Below, in pieces: positions 13,789 to 24,426 of a DNA stretch of 44,129 nucleotides. The notes under the pieces were generated by a model. It made no database searches and had not been told where the DNA came from. It worked only from the letters and a program-made list of their open reading frames with translations. This DNA comes from Batkoa obscura (taxonomy: Eukaryota), in assembly GCA_030770535.1 (NCBI GenBank), contig JASVEC010000135.1, forward strand, positions 1-44,129. The letters are read 5' to 3'. The translations under genes were made by a program, and so were the position numbers. Each line of letters begins with the position of its first letter. Position 1 is the first letter of the stretch.

Positions 13789-15201
13789 TTAAAAAAAAGT
13801 ACCATTTCTAAAATAATTGGATAAAGATTCATAGACAGTAAATGTAATACAAGTACCCGGTAGCACTCTTAATATATTAGGCCCTAATCCTTTATAAAAT
13901 CCCATTATACCTTCATTTCTATTATTAAATTAAGGTTAAATTATTAAATGTTAATTATTAGTTGATCATTATTGTATTATGTAATAATCAAACTTACTTA
14001 AATATTTTACTTATAGTATCTAATGTAGTTTTATATTCTGTGTTGGATTTTAAATCGACTTGTTTCTAATAAATAAACTATTATATATTGTATTATGACA
14101 TAATACAAAAATAATTACTTGTAATCTAGTTTTAACTACTTGATAAGGGTATGTCAATATTGAGGCCATTGTTTTTGATAAAGAAGCCATCCAAAGATAA
14201 TCCATAACAGGCTAAGTAATAATAAGAGGAATATTAAAACATATAATTTAAATCAATAATATAATATGATAATAAACTTACTAAACCATCTTTTAACTTA
14301 ATATCCTTATTTTTTAATAAATTTTTTTTACTTTTCCATTTTTTTAGTTCTTCATAAACCATAAATTGAACAGCCCCATGTGATGTACCAAATAAAGCTG
14401 GTGTTAATCCTCGATACATACCACGTATACCTTCAAATTGTACTAATTTTATTAACCCATCTAATAATAAAATTAAATTAATGAAATGCTCAATATTTGA
14501 TATAATATGTACTAAAAACAATTATGTCGTTATTATTATTAATGTATTACCTACTAAGCCCCTATAAGCTCCCGCTTGATTTTTATGACTTGTTAACATC
14601 CTAGTTTTTACTACCCAAATCGGGTTAGTACATAATACAGTTAATGCACCTGCTTGTGCAGAAGCTAACATATATTGAGTTGAAGATAATTTATTAGATA
14701 TTCTACCATCTCCTAAATCAGAATGATATTGTTGTTTTATTATACTATACCTAATAATAGTAGAAAATATTAATATTAAATAGTGATTAAATATCTTATA
14801 TTAAACATAAATTAGATTACTTTCTACTTACCAACCAAAATAAAATGACCAAGACAGAGCGGAACCTACTAAGTTAGGTGATAAACCTCGATATAATCCT
14901 AATAAACTATCCGTTTTTACTACAGATTTTATTGCAGAGATACTACGTCCTATAATTCTCTTGTTTTCTAATTTTTTAAAATCATCGGCTACAATAATAG
15001 AAAAAACGTGTTAGTATTATTATTTCGTTATTATCATTAGTTTATATAATGTTGTAATTTACCTTGTATTTTAGTTTTTATTAAATCCATAGGATGTAAT
15101 AATAAAGTTGAGATAGCACCTGCTGTTAATCCAGCTATAGATTGATCTAAGGCATAAGAGCCACTAAAACTAGTTTGTTTTTCCGAGAGCTGATTACTCA
15201 T
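13789..15201 (-). CDS. FLX1: Mitochondrial carrier (SLC25), FAD/folate carrier FLX1/SLC25A32-like; about 7 exons
   Basis: Three PX[DE]XX[KR]-type carrier signatures ([33 protein letters not shown]). Also [48 protein letters not shown] 15201, TAA 13789-13791, six short GT-AG introns. Confidence 0.85.
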
Positions 15202-15592
15202 TTTTAATTTTTATAATTGAAGAAATAGTAACTGGTATATAAAATCAAATGAAATTAGATTTATTATTTTCGATTAAAAATAAGGTAGCTGAAATTTATA
15301 ATTGAATCATTAACCAATCAACATCGAGAATTTAAAGCTAAGTTTAAATTTATTAATCTTTATTAGAAATCAATCAAAAATGAATACATTTAAGTAGAAT
15401 ATATTTAATTTAAAAAAAATATAAAATAGTTTTATATTATAGTCATCAATATATAACTCAATAATCTAATATTTGATAAAAAACTGACTATCTACTTTAA
15501 ATAAAAAAATTATAAGTTACATAATAAATCTATTTATTAACTTCCTCCTTTGTGATATGTCTGATATACTCTCTTTTACTTCACTCTTTAAT

Positions 15593-17379
15593 TTATTGCA
15601 TTAAAGTACCATATTCACGTAATACCACCGGTACTGAAGTACAAGGAATCATACCTACTTCTGTAATAACCATAGAAATATAATGAGGTGGTGTTAAATC
15701 ATATAACAAATTTAAGCCAAATACATTATTCATTGTTTTAAAACTTTCCAAATTAAATTTATCATCAGTAATATTATTAGAGTTGGATAAAAATGGATTA
15801 TTATTTGTAGTAATTAAATCTTCTGGGTTACCTATAAATAATATAAAATGTTAATATTAATATTAAATCAATATGATCTAATTATTAATTAGTTAATAAC
15901 TTACCAATTTCATTCCAAACAATGGAATCTAACTGTACTTTCTCACTAAATTTATATGTCTCACAACATACAATTACGGGTATTTTTTGATCATAACCAG
16001 TCATAGCAACAATAGCAGTACCCGCTCTAGATAATAAAGTACCATTTGAAAATAAACCATGAGCACCTAAAAACACTTTGGTAGCCTAAAATAAATACAA
16101 TATTATTATTAATATCCTCTTTCTACATTTTCTTCCTTTCTCAACTTACAATGTTATATATTGATATTGATAATAATTAATACTTACCTCTTTAGCAATA
16201 TAAGCTACCCCATGTAATAATATATAACTACACTCAATTCCCAATTCAACTAATTTTCTTAACATATGTTTACCTAATTTAAATTTATTTATTAGTGTCA
16301 TTATCCTTATCAAAAATAAGCTCGTTAGTAATTACCTTCGAACCTAGGTCCAGCATCTACTACAATAACTCTAAACTGTATCTTTTTTTTAATAGCTGAT
16401 TCCAAAACCTGTAATACTACAGAAGAGCTAATTTAAAAAATACCATTAACAAACTTAATATTCAAAATTATTATTGTCATTATTTTAACTTACCTTCCAT
16501 AAATCATAATCACATCTCCTTCTTTGATTTTACCCATCGCATTTTCTGCAATAATAACATCTGCTGCTGTTATCCTATCAATAATAAATTGATCAATACT
16601 TTCACATAAATATTTCTTTGCTTGATCCTCTGGTAAATCTGGATCCACTGTAGATATTTCAGTTTTTAAATATCTAATAGCATTGCCCATAGTCACTGAC
16701 ATTGGTCTAGCCGTAACTAAATAAGTAATTTGAGGGGATAAATGAGCAACTAAATGACGACATAATGGAGTATGTGGTGGTGTCATATAATCCGTAATTA
16801 CTTGTTTAAATGCTTGTAACATAGCTATACAACGAGCGTTCGAACCACAGATTAAATAATCTTTAAATTGACTAGCTAATTCAATAATAGCTGGATGAAC
16901 ATCTTTAATGGATATATTACTAGATTTGGTCGATGTTTCTAGATGTTTAAATAAAGATAAACCTTGAAGTTTTGAGGCTTCAGAAGATTTCTCTTTAATT
17001 TTATCTTTGGACTGAGCATTCATAGGAGCCTCCAATTTGAGTGATTTGTTTGATGGAGTTGTATTAGCTTTTGTTCCTTCATTTTTTTTATTTTGCTTAG
17101 AAATTGTATTACTGGAACTTCCTTGCTTTTTAGCTTCTTTTTCGGCACGTTGTTTTTCCTAGATTTCCAAATGATTTTAATTAAAGAATTTCTTTTGATA
17201 AGCTATTAATAACTTACCTGAAGTGCTCTTCTCTCAGCTTTAGTCATTTCTTTATTACTTTTCCTTACTTCATTATTCTCACTTGGTTGAGGGGATTTTA
17301 TATTTGATATGGCTGGCGAAGTCATATTACTAGTATTATTACTGGTAGCTGTAGGTGATGAATTATTTTCTGGTCCCAT
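15593..17379 (-). CDS. GCD2: Translation initiation factor eIF2B delta subunit; 6 exons
   Basis: Motifs [88 protein letters not shown]. Confidence 0.93.
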
Positions 17380-17524
17380 ATTGCTTTTTTTTCAAAAAAA
17401 TAAGTTAAGCGTTTTTAAAGATTTTGATTTCTTTAGTTTGAGTTTAAATTCTGTCAAATCATTGTTTTTTGAGTTGATTTTCTCTTTAAAAAAATTGCTA
17501 GTAATGTTGTATAGTATAGTATAT

Positions 17525-17621
17525 GGGGATGTGTTTTTTTTGTTTAAGAATTTTACTACAATCTTTCCACTCAAATAGCGCTTAAAAGGTGGAAAAAGTA
17601 ATGAAATCCAAAATCATTCCC
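17525..17621 (+). mobile_element. ~100-bp MITE copy
   Basis: GGGGATGT...CATTCCCC; TSD ATAT on both sides; about 146 bp upstream of the eIF2B-delta ATG. Confidence 0.9.
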
Positions 17622-18329
17622 ATATTGTCAATATCAAGTAACTCACTATCTTCTGTGGACTATCAACATTGAATAACTCATCAAAATACTAATAATATTG
17701 TCCTGCGAAGCATTGATATTAATTTGAGGTTTACTCAATGTAATAAACGGTATACAAACTAAACAGAAAAATATCAATCAAAGCAGTATTCAAAGTATGA
17801 GTCATTCAAAAATATATAAATATTCTTTACTTTACATAAAAAAGCTTGAAAAATTTGTAATCAAATACTAAAAGATAGATAATGAAATGAGACTAAAAAC
17901 TACATTCCCATTTCATACACAAATAAACAGTTTGATATGTAAATCTTTTAAGTTCATTTATTTGTCTATTGCTTATGCAATAGAAGCTTGAAGAAACTAT
18001 TGATCAAATATTAAAGCAAAGAAACACATCCTAGTATACATTATATAAAGGTAAGAGGCCTTCTATCTGCTATCAACGATAATGGCACCATCATTGATAG
18101 TAATAGAACTCTCCAAAAAACAATATAAAAAATAGCAAGAAAGTAGAAAGTAAAAATAATAAAATTTCAAAAAAAAGATTTATACTAAAATTAAGGTAGA
18201 GCCCCATAAGAAATTTGTTTTTACGGAAGAAATTAAAGATTAGTCCAATACGTCTAATTAAAATTATATATAGTAAACCCAGATTAGTTAATTGTTATTC
18301 TTTTTTACTTGTCATTTTCAATAAAAAAG

Positions 18330-19621
18330 TTAAGCTTTTTTCTTCTCATTCAAAACCTTTGTTTCATGTTCAACATCATCACTAATAAATAAATTAACAA
18401 ATAAATATTTATTTAAACAAATCAGTATAAAACTTACTCTTCATCTGAACTTCTAACATCTTCTGCACCAGTACCAACAATTACTTTAATAAGTACGCGT
18501 AAAATCATCCAAAGCCAAACAAACATCAATATTTGTAGTGCTGTTAACAAAACCAAAAAGAAACGTCTTGTATTAGAAGTGTAAAAGATACCATTTTTAG
18601 GATCCCACTTCTCATTTGGGTTTACTTTTTCTGGATCAAACATAATACTCCACATAACCATACCGAACCCAATATGCCTTGAAGCTATCCAAGAAATAAA
18701 AAAGATTGTAAAAGTAATATCACAAATAAGCTTCAATCGTAGATAATTCAATACTTTAGCTGTCTTTTAAGTATTTATAATTGATTAATAACCACATTCG
18801 AAACTAGACTATAAAACTTACCGAAAGGAAAATATCTGCAAAATCCATTAGTACAAGCATAACATGGCCAACTCTAGTATAATTTGTAATGTAAGAAAAT
18901 ACAACTAAAGAATTGGTGATAACATGATGACTAATCATATTCAAATAATCTTTTCTCCTAACTTCAATTTGTACAAAGTACATTTGTTGAAGCCAATAAC
19001 TCATTTGAACTAAATAATACGTTTTAAAATAAAAATCCAGTTCCAAGTGTGGATAGCCTCTCCATAAATTTTCAAGGTTCATATAATAATCACTACTGAC
19101 TAACAAATGCTAAATCACGAATTTTAATATCAATATGAAATAAACTATATCTTAATAACAATAAAAACTTACCATCCCAGATAGCCAAGAAATTGTGTAA
19201 AACAAGCTTGAAAATGCTTGCTCTTTAAACTTCTCTTGTTTTCCTTTACTCTTGACACCATACCAGCGAATAAAAGGAACGAATACATAATCCAATAAAA
19301 ATGTACGTAAAAAAGTGAATACTAAAAAATAAAAAAAGATAAAAGCCAAATCCATCCATGTCTTTTCATATAATCCATTTATCGTTTTGCCTTGGATCTT
19401 TACAAAATAATTAAAATAAGGTAACTCTAAACCATAGCCAAATAATATTAAAGTTATTAGAGTAAGTGAAAGTTCTAAAGTAAGATTAGTTATGATTATG
19501 ATCGTGATTATATTATAAAATTGTTACCTAATTGATGAGCTACAAAAAATTCAAAGTGAGTTTGAGTTGATGGTAGTGGAATGGGCTGTAATTTTTGAGT
19601 ATTAGTAACTTTTTTTTTCAT
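18330..19621 (-). CDS. Ceramide synthase (Lag1/Lac1 family, TLC domain); 5 exons
   Basis: Lag1 motif RRKDYLNMISHHVIT...RVGHVMLVLMDFADIFL; also KFKEQ, YYLVQMSYW and AEDVRSSDE. ATG 19621, TAA 18330-18332. Confidence 0.93.
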
Positions 19622-20716
19622 TTTATAAAAATTAAGCTTTAAAACTATTAAAAGTGGATAACTATTTTAATTTATAAAAGCTACTTCATTTCCTAATCTT
19701 TACTATTCCTATTTGTCAAATTAAAGTGGATACATCTTATCCTACTCCTTCGTTTATTGGTCTTTCGTGTTACTATATAAAAACCATGATGGTGGAATTA
19801 CCCACCGTTTGAACCAGCAAATCACATGGAACTTAGTAGCTAATGCTAATCCTTTAGTTGACTTTTGCTCCAACTAAAACTTTAAAAATTTAGCCGTTAA
19901 GTTTTTGAGCCAATTAACGTACACTTTGCTAAGGTTTCTTGGAACTAAATCTTTTGAAAAAGTATCCTTTTTGATTAAAACTTAAGTTTAATGAATAGAG
20001 TTTTTAGAGTTTGACTTGTGGATTGGAGTTTTCTTTGGTTTTTATTTTATTTTTCAATTTAGAAACTTTAATTAAATAAACTTTTTTCAAATTGAAGTTT
20101 TAATTAACTCAACTTTTAAAATTAAATTTTACGACAACTATATAGTAAAACAGCTTAAACTAAAACAAAATGGTGTATTACTGCTCATATAGATCTTCAA
20201 TATACCCTACTTTTAATTTCAAAGTCTTTCAATTTGAACTAATATTATGAAAATATAAGTAAATTGTAGCATAGGAGCTTATAAATATTATTTATCAGTT
20301 TTTGACAATATTGATGCTTATAGTACCTGGTAACTTTATTTATCAATATATACAACTAATAATTATCCAGAATTTATTTTCTAAAAAAAATTTGATCAAT
20401 TTTGTTAGAGAATGTATAAAAAGCTATTTTATTTATTTTTACTAAACATTATCAATGTAAAAAAGGACCTTACTTAAACTCAATTATAGTAAATGGATAT
20501 AAAAAATAAAAAGGCTGTAAAGGTAAACAAAGAGGTCAATGCATATACTTCCCTAGGCTGCAAAAGCTAAATAATCATCTCTTTTAGTATTGTTTAACAT
20601 ATGGGTTTATAAGGAAAATTACAATCCGATTTCCTAAAGATAACAATAAACCGTAATAAAGTAACCCTCATTTAGATGTGTATTGTTTGATAAGAGTCTA
20701 TTTTTGTTATTGATAT

Positions 20717-20813
20717 AGGGATGTATTTTTGTGTTTAAGAGCTTTACTAACAACCTTTCTGTTCAAATGGCGCTTAAAAATGGAAAAAGTGACGAAATCA
20801 AAAAAACGCCCCC
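20717..20813 (+). mobile_element. ~100-bp MITE copy
   Basis: AGGGATGTATTTTTGTGTTTAAG...AAACGCCCCC; TSD ATAT. Confidence 0.9.
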
Positions 20814-20932
20814 ATATAGTGAGAGGAAAAATAGTTCGTGGTTTTAAAACCAACTTAACCTGTTTTTTCAATTTTTAATATTACAAAAGTCATAGCATGA
20901 ATGCACTGTATTAACTTTTTTATAAACTATTT

Positions 20933-21025
20933 GGGGATGTTTTTTTTGTTTCATTTGAGTAAAGAATTTACTAACAACCTTTCTGTTCAAATAGCGCTTA
21001 AAAATGGAAAAAGTGACGAAATCAT
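20933..21025 (+). mobile_element. Rearranged or partial MITE copy
   Basis: GGGGATGT start; core TACTAACAACCTTTCTGTTCAAAT.GCGCTTAAAAATGGAAAAAGTGACGAAATCA nearly identical to the 20717 copy; right terminus missing or displaced. Confidence 0.75.
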
Positions 21026-21347
21026 GAAATTTTTTATCAATATAAAGTATAATGTCTTGCTGTTTTAATAATGAATTTCAAAAACAAATACCCATTAAAT
21101 AAACGGAGATGTTTTTTTGTTTAAGTTATTAATAGCTATTTTGATCTCAAAATTAATTCTGTTTAAAGTTATAAAAAATATAAGTAATCTAAAATACCAG
21201 TGCTTATAAATAATAGCTTAATTTTTAGTCATGTTAATGCCTATAGTTATATTTGTTAATCTCTTTAAGATTAATATAAAAGATCAATATTTATAAAATT
21301 TACTCTTCATATTATAAAATTTTGTTGTTAAAGGCCTTTCAAGGTAT

Positions 21348-23811
21348 GGGGCTGTCCTAATTGGTTTCAGAATCTACTTAGAAATTAATCCAAATTTAAA
21401 ATTCCAAGTTTGTGTTCAATATAACGGTTAAATCTAAAAAGCCTAAAATTAAATGTCTCTATTTAAAACTTATTTTAATTGTTTCCTTTTCTTAAATAGC
21501 TAATTTTCCTAACTATATATTTTATGTTAGTTCTGTTAGATATTTAACAGATATATAATATATAACTATATGATTATATAATTATATAAATACATAATTA
21601 TATAAACACAGTTATTTGACTTTATTTGACTTTATTTTTTGTTGAAATAAAAATAAAATGCAAACTTTCATAACTAAACTTCGAAATGGAATTTTTGAAA
21701 ACTTCAATACAATAGGGAGGAGTACACAATATAAACATTGTAATTCATTTACATCAATTTTAAGAGCTACTTATAACAACCCAAGGTTCATGGAATTTTA
21801 TAATAAAACAAAACAAAGAAAAGATATATTATCAAAGTTTACTATCGATAATAATAAACTTAATCAAGTAATGTATAAAATTAGTGCTTTAAGGGAAACA
21901 GGAAACAAAAGTCAGCAAGTAGCGTTATTATCAACTATAGCTTCAGTATATTCTTTTGATGAATGTAAGAGTTTTGGGTTTAATATAAATAGAAACCAAT
22001 ATGATTATTCAAAAACAAGTAATAATAATAAAATATCAACATTAAAACCTATTATTAAAAATACAAAAAAAATTAAAGATGACCAAATTGAAACTATCAT
22101 ACAATATTTACTAAATGATTCAACTATTTCATCAAGATTTAATAAAAAAAATAACGATAGTAAATATTCATCAGATAATATATATATATTAAATAAAAGT
22201 AGAAGAATGATATATAGTAAATATTTGAATGATCTAAGAGATAAAGCAGTAGCTAGGTCAACGTTCTTTAAATATATACCAAGTAATTTCAAAAATCCAG
22301 CAAGAAAAACGGATCTATGTAATATATGTACCCAGTATACAGTTAGAAAAAAGTTATTTGAAAATAAAATAAATACAGCAAAAAACAAAACAGAGATAGA
22401 AGAAATTTTCAACGAAGAAGAAAAATTATACAAATTACATAAATTCTGTGTTGATACTCAAAAAAACACATTTAATGAAACTATCAAAAAATTAAATAAC
22501 AAAAGTTGTATAATAGTTTTAGATTTTAAACAAAATATGGAAATAGGGACAAGACCAGATTCAATAAATTTAGATCATTATAATAAACAAGCTATATCAG
22601 TATTAGGCTTTGGTGTATTATATTTAAAAGATGATAAAACAATAGGCAAAGTTTACTTTGATTATTTATCTGAAATATTGAATCATGATTCAGCATATGC
22701 AGGAGATTGTTTAATCGATTTAATCTCTACAGAGCTTCTATTTAAAAAGTTTACAAAAATTAATATATGGGCAGATACAGGAAATCATTTTAGATCCCAA
22801 GAGTTCTTACATTATATGTTTAAAGAAATTCATAAAATAAATAGTAGTTTGAATGTTAATCTTAATTTTTTTGCTGAGCATCATGGAAAAAGTATAGTTG
22901 ATGGACATTTTGGAAACCTTTCAAAATGGAAAAGTAGTTTTGAAGCGTTAGGTAAAATAGAAGATATCGATCAATTAATTTCAAGATTTGAGGCTTTTAT
23001 TTGCGAGCATAATAAAATTAATAACTCGACTGTTAATAATGGGAAAACAGATATAATTTTTAAAAAGTATAAAAGAAACAAAAATACAAAAAGAATAATA
23101 GAGATGCAGGGCATTAAGAAGTATTTACATTTTATTAAACATAACAATAAACTACATTGTTATCCAGTATCTGATACATCAAAAAAAAGCGATATAGTCC
23201 CAATTAAAGTTATAGAGTCTATAGAAAACAGAAAAATTAAAAGATCGATCCCAGCTTACCTTACGAAGATAACAGAGAATTTAAAAATTTCGATATTTAC
23301 TAAGCAAGTAAGTAGTTTGTTGAATGATAGAAATAGATTGTTAAATGTTAGGATTACTTAAGTTATTAATAGCTAAGTTAATAAATAGTCAAAGAACAAG
23401 TAACTGTAATAATATGTAAAAACTATTATTACTTGTACTATATAGGGATGGTCAATTATAGTTTTGGGGCTGACCACTCCCTCCCATGCAGCTATTTATT
23501 AACTTGGCAATATATTAATAATGTGATTATAACATTAAAGTAGTTTATTTATTTGATAATAAATCTACGATGTTGGTTATAAAGCAGTTGATAATAAATA
23601 TTTCTCAATTAAGCTTTATAAGAACATGTATTTAAGATCTAGTAGAAATTCAACTAACTTACAGTATGAGCTATAATATAATGGTTTAGAACTGTGTTTG
23701 GGTACTTTTGTTTTAATAAAAGATGTGATTTTATAGAATTTTAAGCGAAGTTTTTAAAATACAAATTTTTTTAAAATTGGATAAAATAATGAAACTAATT
23801 CAGACAACCCC
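21348..23811 (+). mobile_element. Autonomous-looking cut-and-paste DNA transposon, Sola (Sola2-like) superfamily, 2464 bp
   Basis: Left end GGGGCTGTCCTAATTGGTTTCA; right end reverse complement GGGGTTGTCTGAATTAGTTTCA (18/22 match). 4-bp TSD GTAT (21344-21347 / 23812-23815). Encloses one intact transposase ORF. Confidence 0.88.
21658..23361 (+). CDS. DDD-type transposase (Sola2-like), 567 aa, intronless
   Basis: Putative triad D289 (VLDFKQN), D373 (IWADTGNHFRS), D415 (FFAEHHGKSIVDGHFG). Upstream RSTFFKYIP...TDLCNIC...H zinc-type motif. Lies between TIRs. Confidence 0.82.
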   Translation: MQTFITKLRNGIFENFNTIGRSTQYKHCNSFTSILRATYNNPRFMEFYNKTKQRKDILSKFTIDNNKLNQVMYKISALRETGNKSQQVALLSTIASVYSFDECKSFGFNINRNQYDYSKTSNNNKISTLKPIIKNTKKIKDDQIETIIQYLLNDSTISSRFNKKNNDSKYSSDNIYILNKSRRMIYSKYLNDLRDKAVARSTFFKYIPSNFKNPARKTDLCNICTQYTVRKKLFENKINTAKNKTEIEEIFNEEEKLYKLHKFCVDTQKNTFNETIKKLNNKSCIIVLDFKQNMEIGTRPDSINLDHYNKQAISVLGFGVLYLKDDKTIGKVYFDYLSEILNHDSAYAGDCLIDLISTELLFKKFTKINIWADTGNHFRSQEFLHYMFKEIHKINSSLNVNLNFFAEHHGKSIVDGHFGNLSKWKSSFEALGKIEDIDQLISRFEAFICEHNKINNSTVNNGKTDIIFKKYKRNKNTKRIIEMQGIKKYLHFIKHNNKLHCYPVSDTSKKSDIVPIKVIESIENRKIKRSIPAYLTKITENLKISIFTKQVSSLLNDRNRLLNVRIT

Positions 23812-24426
23812 GTATGTAGTTTACAGCTTATCATTTGGCGTTTGCAATATTACGCCTTAATTTACTTTTATTATCATCTTTACTTTATTACAATAATATT
23901 TAATTAAATTATTCTAAAAGTTATTATACTCTACTTTAAGGGCATTCTATTTCAAATTATTTATAGATCAAGCTAATCATAAAATTTATTTTAATTTATA
24001 TAGTTCAAAATTAGAGCTCTAGACTAAAAAAATGGCTTAAATAAAAAATATTAAACATTTATTAGGAATTTAAGCGATAAATTATAAAGCCCCTGTTTTG
24101 AAACATTAAAGTTGTAATTAAATTTTTTTAAATCTTTTATTTTTAATCTTTGTTATGATTATGATTATATAAATTTTTTAGTAAATTAATTATATAACGT
24201 TTCTCCGAAATCACTGAATATAACAACTTAATTATAATTTAAAAATAGTAAACTGTCAATTAATTTCAGTCACTTTAAATCTTATTAAAAAGTCACAATA
24301 ATTAAGCCTTAAAAAGATAGCCTACATCAACTTTAAATATTAATGCCATTAAAGCCTAATTTTATCAACCAAATCATAAATATAAAGAAACAAAACCCCT
24401 TTAAAATAACTAAAAGAATCTTTCAA

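Noticed and set aside
17309..17578. Short ORFs at 17309-17578, 17392-17574 and 43812-44024
   Set aside because: They read through MITE sequence or antisense to eIF2B-delta and have no protein features.
21348..23811. Fanzor/TnpB cargo in the Sola-like element
   Set aside because: There is only one long ORF, with DDD transposase motifs. No second ORF or RuvC motifs fit in the ~450-bp 3' region.
24343..24426. Upstream in-frame ATG for the repeat protein
   Set aside because: It adds 28 non-signal residues and overlaps a TATA-like TATAAA near 24381; ATG 24427 begins a clean signal peptide.
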